Source: Actinomycetota bacterium
GTDB taxonomy: Bacteria; Actinomycetota; Acidimicrobiia; Spongiisociales; UBA11373
Direction: 5' to 3'
NCBI GenBank assembly: GCA_020444505.1
Contig: JAHLKU010000003.1
Coordinates: forward strand, 21,824 to 85,823
DNA: 64,000 bases
The notes beneath the pieces were generated by a model. The model had not been told where the DNA came from and searched no databases. It was given only the letters and a program-made list of their open reading frames with translations. Positions 1-9,447 of the stretch are shown here, in pieces. A program made the translations under genes and the position numbers. Within the stretch, counting starts at the first letter, position 1; each line of letters begins with the position of its first letter.

Positions 1-1
1 A

Positions 2-277
2 GAGCAGCAACGGGTGGCGATCGCCAGGGCGCTGGCCAAGCAGCCGCCGATCCTCCTGTGCGACGAGCCCACCGGTGAGCTCGACTTCGAGACCGGCAGG
101 ATGATCCTGGCCCTGCTGCGCCGCCTGAACCGGGAGAACGGGCAGACGGTGCTGCTGGTGACCCACAACGCGGCCGTCGCCGGCATGGCCGACCGGGTGG
201 TGCGGCTCCGGTCCGGGGCGGTCGTCGAGGACCGCGCCATCCCCGAGCCGGTCGATGCGGGGGAGCTGACGTGGTAG
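2..277 (+). CDS. ABC transporter ATP-binding protein (LolD/MacB type), 5'-truncated by the window edge
   Basis: Frame from nt 2 reads EQQRVAIARALAKQPPILLCDEPTGELD...LLVTHN (end of signature, Walker B, D-loop, H-loop); overlaps the following permease. Confidence 0.9.
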   Translation, partial: EQQRVAIARALAKQPPILLCDEPTGELDFETGRMILALLRRLNRENGQTVLLVTHNAAVAGMADRVVRLRSGAVVEDRAIPEPVDAGELTW

Positions 278-2601
278 CGCCGCTCACCTCCAAGCTGTGG
301 CGCGACATCCGGCGCCAGAAGGCGCAGTTCGCCGCCGTGGCCCTCACCGTGTTCCTCGGGGTGACGCTGTTCGCCGCCGCCTACGACTCCTATCAGAACC
401 TCACCGCGTCCTACGACGCGACCGCCACCGAGTACCGCTTCGCCAACCTGACCATGCAGGGCGGGGACGTCGAGGGGTTCGCCGCGCAGGCGGCGGCCAC
501 CGACGGCGTCGAGCAGGCCGGCACCCGCACGGTCGCCGACCTCCCGATGGAGGTGGACGGCGTCAAGTTCCTCGGGCGCGTCGTGGGCGTGCCCGACGGC
601 GGAGCGATCAACCGCGTCGCCAGCACGCTCTCCGCCGGTGGGACGGGCGGCGGGATCCGGGTGGAGAAGCACATGGCCGACCACTTCGGGCTGCAACCGG
701 GCGCGGCGATCACCGTCGCCGGGACCCGGCTCGTCGTGGACGACGTCGTGACCTCTCCCGAGTACATCTGGCCGGCGAGGAGCCGCCAGGACCTCTTCAC
801 CACCGGCGACAACTTCGGGGTGGTGTTCGTCCCCGAGGCGACGGCCCGGGACCTGGCGGGGACCGGCCCCACCGAGGCGCTCGTCTACTTCGACGGCGGG
901 GAGGCCGATCCGGACCTGGAGGCGTCGCTGTCGGACGCCGCCCGCAGCGCAGGGGCCACCGCGGTGTTCAGCCGCGCCGACCAGCCGTCCAACGCCGCCC
1001 TCGACGAGGACCTCAAGGGGTTCCAGGAGATGGCGTTGTTCTTCCCCATCCTGTTCCTGAGCGCCGCCGGCATGGCGGCGTACGTGATGATCAGCCGCCT
1101 GGTGTGGGCCCAGCGGCCCCAGATCGGCGTGCTGCTCGCCAACGGGTTCCGGACCCGGTCGGTGCTGCGGCACTACCTGGGCTACGGACTGGTGCCGGGC
1201 CTGCTCGGCGCGGTGCCGGGCGCCGTCGCCGGGGTGCTGCTGGCGCGCCTGATCACCGGGCTCTACACGGGCATGCTCGCCATCCCCGTCACCGAGATCG
1301 GGTTCTACCCCTTCACCCTGGTGATCGGCGTCGCCGTCGGACTGGCGGCCGCGGCGCTGGCCGCGCTCGCCCCGGCGCTGCTGGCGTCGCGGGTGCAGCC
1401 TGCAGAGGCCATGCGGGGCGGCACCCCGCCCGGCGGGGGCAAGCCGAGCGTGCTGGAGCGGATCGTCCCTCCGCTGGGGCGGCTCCCGATCCGGTGGCGC
1501 ATGGCACTGCGGGGCGTGGGGCGCAACCGCCGCCGCACGCTGTACACCATGCTCGGCGTGGTGCTGTCGCTGACGCTCGTGCTGGTGTCCTGGGGCATGA
1601 TCGACACGGTCGGCCACGTCCTGGACCTGCAGTACGTCGAGATCCAGCAGGAGGACGCCTCGGTCCGGTTCTCCGGGCCGGTCGGCGAGGGCCAGGTAGG
1701 GCTGTTGGAGGGCGTCGAGGGGGTCGCCGCCGCCGAACCCGCCCTGGAGGCACCGGTGACGATCCAGGGGGGCGGCGGCGCCTACGACACGCTGCTGGTC
1801 GCCCTCCCGGCCGACACCGCGATGCACCGGTTCCTGCTCGACGACGGCTCCTGGGGCACCCTGCCGGCGTCCGGGGTCTTCATGGGAGGCGGCATCGGCA
1901 GGGAGTTGGGCATTCGCGCCGGCGACGTGGTCACGCTGTCGAGCGCCGACCTGGGCGCCAGCGTGGACGTCCCGGTGGTGGCCCTGCTCGACGAGCCGCT
2001 GGGGTCGGTGGTGTACGCCTCGCGCGAGTTCGTCGCCGCCGGGGTCGGGCAGGTCCCGGCCACCTCGGCGCTGATCGCGTACTCCGACGGGGCCGACCCG
2101 GCCGCGGTGCGGGAGGCGGTGACGGCGTTGCCCTCGGTGCAGGCGTTCGAGGACGCCGGCGCGGTCTACCGGATGGTGCAGGACTACATGGTGCTCTTCT
2201 ACGGTTTCGTCGGGATCATGCTGGTGTTCGGCGGGGCGATGGCCTTCGCCCTCATCTTCAACTCGATGACCGTCAACATCGCCGAGAGGAAGCGGGAGGT
2301 GGCCACCCTGCTGGCGGTCGGTGTGCGCCGCCGCACGATCTCGCGGCTGATCACCGTCGAGAACCTGGTGGTGGCCGCCGCCGCCGTCCCCTTCGGGCTG
2401 GTGATCGGCACGTTCGTGTCGGCGCAGGCGATGGCCAGCTTCCAGAGCGACATGTTCTCCTTCGCCCTGTACATCCGGCCCCTCACCTACGCCGTCTCGG
2501 CGGCGGCGATCCTGGTGGTCGCGCTGCTGTCGGCGGTGCCGGGGTTGCGGGCGCTTCGCCGCATCTCCATCCCGGAGGTGATCAAGGAGCGCTCCACCTG
2601 A
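271..2601 (+). CDS. FtsX/MacB-like ABC transporter permease
   Basis: 776 aa with two FtsX-type TM blocks (QRPQIGVLLANGF; ERKREVATLLAVG) and large extracytoplasmic loops. Confidence 0.9.
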   Translation: MVAPLTSKLWRDIRRQKAQFAAVALTVFLGVTLFAAAYDSYQNLTASYDATATEYRFANLTMQGGDVEGFAAQAAATDGVEQAGTRTVADLPMEVDGVKFLGRVVGVPDGGAINRVASTLSAGGTGGGIRVEKHMADHFGLQPGAAITVAGTRLVVDDVVTSPEYIWPARSRQDLFTTGDNFGVVFVPEATARDLAGTGPTEALVYFDGGEADPDLEASLSDAARSAGATAVFSRADQPSNAALDEDLKGFQEMALFFPILFLSAAGMAAYVMISRLVWAQRPQIGVLLANGFRTRSVLRHYLGYGLVPGLLGAVPGAVAGVLLARLITGLYTGMLAIPVTEIGFYPFTLVIGVAVGLAAAALAALAPALLASRVQPAEAMRGGTPPGGGKPSVLERIVPPLGRLPIRWRMALRGVGRNRRRTLYTMLGVVLSLTLVLVSWGMIDTVGHVLDLQYVEIQQEDASVRFSGPVGEGQVGLLEGVEGVAAAEPALEAPVTIQGGGGAYDTLLVALPADTAMHRFLLDDGSWGTLPASGVFMGGGIGRELGIRAGDVVTLSSADLGASVDVPVVALLDEPLGSVVYASREFVAAGVGQVPATSALIAYSDGADPAAVREAVTALPSVQAFEDAGAVYRMVQDYMVLFYGFVGIMLVFGGAMAFALIFNSMTVNIAERKREVATLLAVGVRRRTISRLITVENLVVAAAAVPFGLVIGTFVSAQAMASFQSDMFSFALYIRPLTYAVSAAAILVVALLSAVPGLRALRRISIPEVIKERST

Positions 2602-2640
2602 GCGGGTAGCGTGGCGGGAGAGCGAGCGGAGGAGCCGCAC

Positions 2641-3108
2641 ATGCCGACAGCCCCGGCGCGCACTCCCGCCCGGCGTCTCGCCGACACCCGGGCGCTGCTG
2701 GCGGAGGGCGTCGACTGCTGGGTGGCGACCGCCTCGGCGGGCGGTGAGCCGTACCTGGTCCCGTTGTCGTACGCCTGGCAGGACGGTGCGGTCCTGATGG
2801 CCACGCCCGGCCGGTACCGCACCGTTCGGAACCTCCGGGCCCGCCCCGAGGTGCGGCTGGCGTTCGGGTCGTTCCGCGACGTGGTGATCGCCGACGGCGT
2901 CGCCGAGATCGCCGAGGTGGCCGATCTGACCGACGGCGACCTCGACCGATTCGCCGGGCAGGCGGGCTGGGACCCGCGTGCCTCGGAGGGGAACGTGATC
3001 ATCCGGGTGCGGCTGCAGCGGGTGCTGGCGTGGCGCCAGGAGAACGAACTGGAGGGCCGGGTGCTGATGCGGGACGGGCACTGGATCGACGAGGAGGTGG
3101 CGAGATGA
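2641..3108 (+). CDS. Pyridoxamine 5'-phosphate oxidase-like (split beta-barrel flavin/deazaflavin-binding) protein
   Basis: CWVATAS..GEPYLVPLSYAW...TVRNLRARPEVRL pattern; GGAGGA RBS before ATG 2641. Confidence 0.75.
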   Translation: MPTAPARTPARRLADTRALLAEGVDCWVATASAGGEPYLVPLSYAWQDGAVLMATPGRYRTVRNLRARPEVRLAFGSFRDVVIADGVAEIAEVADLTDGDLDRFAGQAGWDPRASEGNVIIRVRLQRVLAWRQENELEGRVLMRDGHWIDEEVAR

Positions 3109-4124
3109 GACGCCGGGTGCTGGGAGGCTCGGGCATCGTGGTGAGCGAGCTGGCGCTGGGGACGATGGTCTTCGGCGAGGGCCCGCCCCGGGGCACCGAT
3201 CCGCAGGACGCAGCGGCCATCATCCGCCGCTACCTGGAGGCGGGCGGCAACCACCTGGACACCGCCGACGTCTACGCCGGGGGGCGGTCCGAGGAGATCG
3301 TGGGCGAGGCCATCGCCGGCATCCGGGACCAGGTGGTGCTGGCCACCAAGGTGCGGTTCACCACCGGCCCCGGCCCCAACGACCGGGGCCTGTCGCGCCT
3401 CCACATCGTCCGCGGTGTCGAGGACAGCCTGCGGCGGCTGCGCACCGACCACGTGGACCTGCTCTACATGCACACCTGGGATCCGCTCACTCGCATCGAG
3501 GAGTCGCTGCGGGCGTTCGACGACCTGGTGTCGGGCGGCAAGGTGCGGGCGATCGGTGTGTCCAACTTCACGGCCTGGCAGGTGATGAAGTCGCTGGGGA
3601 TCAGCGACCGGTACGGGTGGGCCCGGTTCACCGCCGCCCAGTACCAGCACAGCCTGGTGGTGCGCGACGTCGAGCGGGAGTTCGTGGGGCTGTGCGAGGG
3701 CGAGGGCATCGGCATGGTGCCCTGGAGCCCGCTGGGCGGGGGCTTCCTCAGCGGCAAGTACCGCTCGGGGGATCGGCCCACCGACCCGGCCGCCGGCCGC
3801 CTCGCGACCCAACCGGACGACGACGAGGAGGCCTGGGACCGGCGCGACACCGAGCGCAACTGGGCCATCCTCGCCGAGGTGGAGCGGGTGGCGGCCGAGG
3901 TGGAGGCCACCCCGTCCCAGGTGGCGCTGGCCTGGCTGCTGACCAAGCCGGTCGTGTCGTCGGTGATCGTCGGGGTGCGGACGATGGCGCAGCTCGACGA
4001 CAACCTCGGTGCGGCCGGGCTCGACCTGCCGGCCGGGGCGGTGGCGGCGCTGGACGAGGCCAGCGCTCCCGGCTGGGGGTACCCGTACCGGTTCCTGGGC
4101 CTCTACGGGAGCAGGACGCCGTGA
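3105..4124 (+). CDS. Aldo/keto reductase
   Basis: LGTMVFG, LDTADVYAGGRSEEIVG, VLATK, SLRRLRTDHVDLLYMH, IGVSNF, PWSPLGGG motifs; ATGA overlap with the upstream stop and GAGGAGG RBS. Confidence 0.93.
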   Translation: MRRRVLGGSGIVVSELALGTMVFGEGPPRGTDPQDAAAIIRRYLEAGGNHLDTADVYAGGRSEEIVGEAIAGIRDQVVLATKVRFTTGPGPNDRGLSRLHIVRGVEDSLRRLRTDHVDLLYMHTWDPLTRIEESLRAFDDLVSGGKVRAIGVSNFTAWQVMKSLGISDRYGWARFTAAQYQHSLVVRDVEREFVGLCEGEGIGMVPWSPLGGGFLSGKYRSGDRPTDPAAGRLATQPDDDEEAWDRRDTERNWAILAEVERVAAEVEATPSQVALAWLLTKPVVSSVIVGVRTMAQLDDNLGAAGLDLPAGAVAALDEASAPGWGYPYRFLGLYGSRTP

Positions 4125-4315
4125 CGCTCGTCCTCTGGCTGCTGCTGGCGATCGTGTCGCTGCCGCTGGCGATCCTGGCGTTGATCCTCTGGCCGATCGT
4201 GTGGCTGCTGAGCATCCCGTTCCGGCTGGTCGGCATCTCGGTGCGGGGCGTGCTCGACCTGGTGGAGGCGGTCGTACGCCTCCCCGCCCGGCTGCTGGGC
4301 GGGGGAGGGCGCTAG
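4121..4315 (+). CDS. Small hydrophobic membrane protein (64 aa)
   Basis: GTGA overlap with the AKR stop; MTLVLWLLLAIVSLPLAILALILWPIVWLLSIPFRLVG... Confidence 0.65.
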   Translation: MTLVLWLLLAIVSLPLAILALILWPIVWLLSIPFRLVGISVRGVLDLVEAVVRLPARLLGGGGR

Positions 4316-4361
4316 CCGCCGTCTTGGCTCGGCAGCCGGTTCGTGCTGGACTGCGTTCACC

Positions 4362-5297
4362 ATGACCACGCGCGTCTCCGACCGGCTCGTCTGGGCGGTC
4401 GTCCTCCTCATCACCTTCGGGTGGGGCACGCTCCCGGTGCTGATCCGGGTGGCGCTGCGGGAGGACCTGCGCCCGCTGGTCATCGCCGCAGCACCCTCGA
4501 TCGTGGCGGCCGTCGCCCTGGCGCTGTTCCTGGTGGCGACGCGGCGCCTCCACTCGATCGGCTCCACCGAGGTCCGCATCGGGCTGGCGCTGGCGGCGTT
4601 GAGTGTGGTGCTGCCCAACCTGCTCCGCCCCCTGGCTGCCGAGCACGCGTCGGCGGGGTTCCTGGGGCTCACCTCGGCGCTGGTGCCGCTGACCACGGTG
4701 TTGCTGGCGCACTTCGTCCTCGCCGACGAACGGCTGAAGGCCGCCACGGCGGGCGGCCTGCTGCTCGGCCTGGCCGGCGTGGCGACCCTGGTGCTGTCGG
4801 GCGACTCCGGCCTCGGCGCCAAGGGCAACGTGGTGCTGGCGGCCGCCTACGCGATGGGGAGCGTGCTGTCGGTGTCGCTGTCGGCGGTGTTCGCCAAGCG
4901 CTTCGCCGGCCGGTACTCGGTGATGGGCGTGTCGTGGGTGCAGTTCGCCGCGGGGGCGGCGGTCCTGACCGCGGCAGCGCTGGTGTGGGAGGGGGTGCCG
5001 CCCAATCCGACACTGCTGGGGTGGGGCAGCCTCGTCTTCCTGGGCCTGCTCTGCACGTTCATGCCGGTGGTGCTCTTCTACTGGCTGCTGCAGCACGTCA
5101 CCGTCACCTACTCCACCATCATCGGGTATCTGATCCCGCTGGTGTCGGTGGTGGTGGGGTGGCTGTTCCTGGACGAGACCGTGGGGTGGGGGATCCTCCT
5201 CGGCGGCATCCTGATCCTCGGCGGGGTGGTCGTGACCGACCTCATCCGGGTCCGTGACGCCCGCCGGGAGCGGGCGGCCGCCGGCCGAACCCTCTGA
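4362..5297 (+). CDS. EamA/DMT family transporter
   Basis: 311 aa, ~10 TM segments in a duplicated EamA arrangement (WG...; YLIPLVSVVVGWLFLDE). Confidence 0.88.
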   Translation: MTTRVSDRLVWAVVLLITFGWGTLPVLIRVALREDLRPLVIAAAPSIVAAVALALFLVATRRLHSIGSTEVRIGLALAALSVVLPNLLRPLAAEHASAGFLGLTSALVPLTTVLLAHFVLADERLKAATAGGLLLGLAGVATLVLSGDSGLGAKGNVVLAAAYAMGSVLSVSLSAVFAKRFAGRYSVMGVSWVQFAAGAAVLTAAALVWEGVPPNPTLLGWGSLVFLGLLCTFMPVVLFYWLLQHVTVTYSTIIGYLIPLVSVVVGWLFLDETVGWGILLGGILILGGVVVTDLIRVRDARRERAAAGRTL

Positions 5298-5326
5298 TGG
5301 CGGTGGCGCGCTGCGCTGCGATGGGG

Positions 5327-5362
5327 TAGGGTGACCCGGACTTGGTCTGATGGTAAGACCAA
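5327..5362 (+). promoter_or_regulatory. Putative -10 (TAGGGT, 5327-5332) followed by a FadR/PdhR-type operator TTGGTCTGATGGTAAGACCAA (5342-5362)
   Basis: Inverted repeat TTGGTCT-N7-AGACCAA containing TGGT-AAG-ACCA; near-identical copy at 11420-11439. Confidence 0.7.
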
Positions 5363-5378
5363 CCCTCTGGGAGGCACG

Positions 5379-6656
5379 ATGCGACAGCCGCTCCGTCTCG
5401 ACGTGCACACCGTCGAGATCGACCAGATCCGCTTCGGGGACCACACCGGGGTGGACGACGGAGCCCTCGTCGTCGACCGCGACGCCCTGGCGGCCCTGAT
5501 CCTCGAGGACCCCCGGATCGCCGGCGTGGACGTCCGGATCGCCCAGCCCGGCGACGACATCCGCATCATCGGGTGCCTGGACGCCGTCGAGCCCCGCTGC
5601 AAGGTGGGAGATGGGTCGGTGTTCCCCGGGTTCCTCGGCGGCATGGAGACCGTCGGGGAGGGCGAGACCCTCCGCCTCGGCGGGGTGGCGGTGCTGGCGT
5701 CGAGCCGGTACCCGCAGCCGTTCTCAGGGCTGCTCCAGGCCCGCGAGGCGGTGGTGGACATGCGGGGGCCCACCGCCAACCTCAGCCCCTTCGGGCGGAC
5801 GCTCAACCTGGTGCTGGCCTACACCCCCAACCCCGACATCGACAACGAGGACTACGACGACGCCATCCGCCGCAGCAACCTGAGGGTGGCCGAGCACCTG
5901 GCTACGCAGGCGCTCGACGCCCCCCGCGCCTCCACCACCACGTTCGACATCTCCGAGCAGGACCCCGACCTCCCCAACGTGGTGTACTTCTACCAGTTGC
6001 AGGGCCAGGGCCCCATGGCCGACACCTACCTCTACGGCCGGGTCATCCACAACCTGGTGCCCACGGTGATGCACCCCAACGAGGCGCTCGACGGTGCCAT
6101 CGTGTGCGGGGTGTACGTGTACGGGTGCTACAAGAACGTCACCTACCTGCACCAGAACAACCCGATCATCTGGGAGTTGCAGCGCCGCCACGGCAAGGAG
6201 TTGAACTTCGCCGGGGTCGTCATCAACCGGGGCCACAACTACACCCAGGAGGACAAGGAGCGGTCCTCGCGGTGGGCGGCCAAGCTGATCGAGTTCCTCG
6301 AAGCCGACGGCGCCGTGTTCACCGCCGAGGGCGGCGGCAACTCGGCGATCGACATGATGCTCGCGGTCCAGTACCTGGAGCAGGCCGGGGTGGAGACCGC
6401 GGTGGTGTCCTCGGAGGCCGCCGGCGAGGACGGCTACGACTTCCCGCTCTTCTACACCGTGCCCGAGGCGGACGCCATCGTCAGCGTCGGGTCGGAGGAC
6501 GAGGTGTTCGACATGCCGGAGGTGGCCGAGGTCATCGGCGGCGACACGCTGTTGGACGGCCAGCCCGCCGCCGGGCCGTACCGGCTCAAGATGTACTTCC
6601 AGTTCTGCGGCACCCAGCAGGTCGGCGGCAACGTGCTCGTGGGGAGGGTCCACTGA
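5379..6656 (+). CDS. grdE: Glycine/sarcosine/betaine reductase component B, GrdE/GrdG/GrdI-like subunit
   Basis: DAVEPRCK, FPGFLG...VGEGET.RL.GVAV, VVDMRGP, PTVMHPNEALDGAIV, TYLHQNNPII.EL..RHGKELNF.GV, EGGGN motifs; GGAGG RBS before ATG 5379; 425 aa. Confidence 0.88.
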   Translation: MRQPLRLDVHTVEIDQIRFGDHTGVDDGALVVDRDALAALILEDPRIAGVDVRIAQPGDDIRIIGCLDAVEPRCKVGDGSVFPGFLGGMETVGEGETLRLGGVAVLASSRYPQPFSGLLQAREAVVDMRGPTANLSPFGRTLNLVLAYTPNPDIDNEDYDDAIRRSNLRVAEHLATQALDAPRASTTTFDISEQDPDLPNVVYFYQLQGQGPMADTYLYGRVIHNLVPTVMHPNEALDGAIVCGVYVYGCYKNVTYLHQNNPIIWELQRRHGKELNFAGVVINRGHNYTQEDKERSSRWAAKLIEFLEADGAVFTAEGGGNSAIDMMLAVQYLEQAGVETAVVSSEAAGEDGYDFPLFYTVPEADAIVSVGSEDEVFDMPEVAEVIGGDTLLDGQPAAGPYRLKMYFQFCGTQQVGGNVLVGRVH

Positions 6657-7966
6657 TGGTGAGGGTCGCCCACTACATCAACCAGTTCTTCGCCGGCATC
6701 GGCGGCGAAGACAAGGCCGACCACCCCTTCGAGGTGCGCGAGGGCGCCGTCGGGCCCGGCCGGGCCGTGGAGATGGCGGGCGGTGGCGACGTGGAGATCG
6801 TCCAGACCCTGGTCTGCGGCGACAACGCCTTCCACGCCGACACCGAGGGCACCCTGGCAGCGATCGAGGCGGCCCTCGCCGAGAGCAAGCCGGACCTGCT
6901 CATCGCCGGCCCCGGGTTCAACGCCGGGCGGTACGGCCTGGCGTGCGCCGCGGTGTGCGCCGTCGCCACCGAGAAGCTGGGCATCCCGGCGCTCACCGGC
7001 GTGTACGTCGACGCCCCCGCCGTGGACGTGTACCGCAGCCGGGTGGTGATGGTGCCGACCGGCGACAGCGCGGCGGGGATGAAGGACGCCGTCGAGGGCA
7101 TGCTCCGGGTGGGCCTGCGCCTGGCGGCAGGGGAGCCGCTCGGTCCCGCCGAGGAGGACGGGCGCATCCCCATGGGCTTCCGCAAGGCCGTGGTCACCGA
7201 GACCCCGGTGGCGGCCCGGGTCGTGGACATGCTGATGGCCAAGCTGCGGGGCGAGCCGTTCACCAGCGAGGTCGCCCTGCCCGAGCCGGCCGAGGCGGTG
7301 CCGCCGGCGCCGCCGGTGGCCGACCTGTCCGGGGCGGTGGTGGCGGTGGTCACCGACGGCGGCCTGGTGCCGGTGGGCAACCCCGACGGCATCGAGTCGT
7401 CGAGCGCCACGAAGTGGGCCCGCTACCCGATCGACGACCTGGTCCGCAACGACGACCCCTCGTTCATGTCCATCCACGCCGGGTACGACTCGCAGTGGGT
7501 GGACGCCGACCCCGACCGCCTGGTGCCCATCGACGCCCTGCTGGACCTGGAGGCCGAGGGCGTGATCAAGGAGGCGCACCCCTACTACTACGTCACCACC
7601 GGCACCGGCACCACCGTCACCCACGCCGAGCGGATGGGGGAGGAGATCGCCAAGCAGTTGATCTCCGACGGCGTCCACGCCGTGCTGGTCACCAGCACCT
7701 GAGGCACCTCCACGCGTTGCGGTGCAACGCTCGCAAAGATGATCGAGAAGGCCGGCATCCCGGCGGCACACCTGGCGGCGATGACGTCGATGGCCAAGAT
7801 CGCCGGGTCGAACCGGATCATCTCCTCCGGCCTCATCCCCCATCCGGTCGGCGACCCGTCGCGCTCTCCGGAGGAGGAGCTGAAGTGGCGCACCGGGCAG
7901 GTCCGCAAGGCCCTGAACGCCGCGGCGACGCCGCTCGACGAGGCCCTGATCTTCCCGGACTGGTAA
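6656..7966 (+). CDS. grdB: Glycine/betaine/sarcosine reductase-family selenoprotein B (Sec at codon 349, UGA 7700-7702); 436 aa
   Basis: N-term VAHYINQFFAGIGGEDKA, AGPGFNAGRYG.AC, VTDGGLVP.GNPD.IESSSA, HAGYD...DPDRLVPID; the frame continues past TGA as TST-U-GTSTRCGATLAKMIEKAGIP...IPHPVGDP; SECIS-like hairpin 11 nt after the UGA. Confidence 0.95.
7714..7730 (+). promoter_or_regulatory. Bacterial SECIS-like hairpin of grdB
   Basis: Perfect stem GCGTTGC-GGT-GCAACGC starting 11 nt after the UGA, G-led loop; encoded with codons rare in this window (CGT, GGT, GCA). Confidence 0.8.
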
Positions 7967-7982
7967 TCGAGTGAGGGACGCC

Positions 7983-9410
7983 ATGATCCAACCCGCCATC
8001 CTCCACACCGCCTACGCCCTGGCCCACGCGCCGGACTTCGTCCGCTACGGCTCCAAGCCCACCAGGGAGCTGCCGGCCAACCCCGGGCTGCTGGAGGAGA
8101 TGACGGCGGCGCTGCGGCCCTGGGACGAGGTGGTGGCCTACCCGCCGAACCAGGTGTTCATCGGCAACCTGAGCCCCGACGAGCTCGCCGCCACCCCGCG
8201 GCCCTGGTACGAGCACCTGGTCCCCGACGCCTCGCCCATCGGCCCGTGGGGGCGCATCGTCACCCAGGCGGCGCTCTACGGCCTCATGAAGCTGTGCGAC
8301 GACTTCGACCTCCTGACGATCACCGAGGCGGTCGCCGCCGAGGCCCGCGAGGAGCTCACCCGCTTCGAGCACCGGCGGGACCGCATCACCGGCGTCCCGC
8401 CGGAGGACCTGGCGGCGCTCATCGGCAAGCACGACGGCCTCACCCTGTACCACCGCGGCGAGGTCGCGGGGTTCCTGCGCACCGCCCACGAGCAGGACCC
8501 CTCGCTGGACGCCCATGTGCTGTTCGAGAACCTGGCCTGCAAGGCGACGGCGGTGCTGGCCGTCAACGACGCGTTCGATGGTGGCCCCATCGGCCCCGAA
8601 GACGTCGACTACCTGCTCAACACCGGCGAGGAGGCCGTCGGCGACCGCTACCAGCGCGGCGGCGGCAGCCTGTCCAAGGCCGTCGGCGAGGTGGTGGGGT
8701 GCCTCAACGCCACCGGGTCGGACATCAAGGCGTTCTGCTCGGCCCCGGTGCACGCCATCATCTCCGCCTCGGCGATGGTGGCCTCCGGCCTCCACAAGTA
8801 CGTGGTGGTGCTCGGGGGCGGGTCGCAGGCGAAGATGGGCATGAAGTTCCGGGCCCACCTCCGCAACGGCGTCCCGGTGATGGAGGACTGCCTGGCGTCG
8901 ATGGCGTTCGTCGTCGGGCCGGACGACGGCACCGGCATGCGGGTGCGGCTCGACGTCACCGGCAAGCATCCCATCGGCGCCGGGTCGTCGGCCCAGCACG
9001 TGTACCAGGCGCTGGTGGTGGAGCCGCTGGAGCGGGCCGGCATGACCATGACCGACGTGGACCGCTACGCCGTCGAGATGCACAACCCCGAGATCACCGA
9101 ACCGGGCGACAGCGGCGACGTCCCCAAGACCAACTACCGCACGCTGGCGGCGATGGCGGTGCTGCGGGGCGAGATCGAGCGGGACCAGATGGACGAGTTC
9201 TCCGCCACCCACGGCATGCCCGGGTTCTCGCCCACCCAGGGCCACATCCCCGCCGGGGTGCCGTTCCTCGGCCACGCCCTGGCGGCCATGCGGCGCGGCG
9301 AGATGGACAACGCGATGATCGTCGCCAAGGGCAGCCTGTTCCTCGGCCGGATGACGCAACTCGTCGACGGGGTGTCGTTCCTCGTCGAGGCGCCGTCCGA
9401 GCCGTCGTGA
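7983..9410 (+). CDS. grdC: Glycine/sarcosine/betaine reductase component C beta subunit (GrdC; thiolase/FabH-like fold)
   Basis: AYALAHAPDFVRYG, AHVLFENLACKATAVLA, EEAVGDRYQRGGG, NATGSD.KAFCSAP, HNPEIT, GFSPTQGHIPAGVP, KGSLFLGRMT.L.DGVSF; GAGGGA RBS before ATG 7983. Confidence 0.92.
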   Translation: MIQPAILHTAYALAHAPDFVRYGSKPTRELPANPGLLEEMTAALRPWDEVVAYPPNQVFIGNLSPDELAATPRPWYEHLVPDASPIGPWGRIVTQAALYGLMKLCDDFDLLTITEAVAAEAREELTRFEHRRDRITGVPPEDLAALIGKHDGLTLYHRGEVAGFLRTAHEQDPSLDAHVLFENLACKATAVLAVNDAFDGGPIGPEDVDYLLNTGEEAVGDRYQRGGGSLSKAVGEVVGCLNATGSDIKAFCSAPVHAIISASAMVASGLHKYVVVLGGGSQAKMGMKFRAHLRNGVPVMEDCLASMAFVVGPDDGTGMRVRLDVTGKHPIGAGSSAQHVYQALVVEPLERAGMTMTDVDRYAVEMHNPEITEPGDSGDVPKTNYRTLAAMAVLRGEIERDQMDEFSATHGMPGFSPTQGHIPAGVPFLGHALAAMRRGEMDNAMIVAKGSLFLGRMTQLVDGVSFLVEAPSEPS

Positions 9411-9447
9411 CCGTGATGGATCGAGCAGAGGAAGGAGGTGCACTGCA

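Noticed and set aside
5573..6655. Long N-terminal extension of the 709-aa ORF 5573..7702
   Set aside because: Arg/Pro/Gly-rich shadow frame overlapping grdE; GrdB similarity starts at ATG 6656
7739..7966. 75-aa ORF as a separate gene, or grdB as a nonsense pseudogene
   Set aside because: It is the in-frame C-terminus of GrdB; the UGA is at the Sec position and is followed by a SECIS-like stem
6654..9410. Further Sec read-through at the TGA stops of grdE (6654) and grdC (9408)
   Set aside because: Both fall at the expected C-termini, the grdE stop overlaps the next ATG, and there is no Sec motif context
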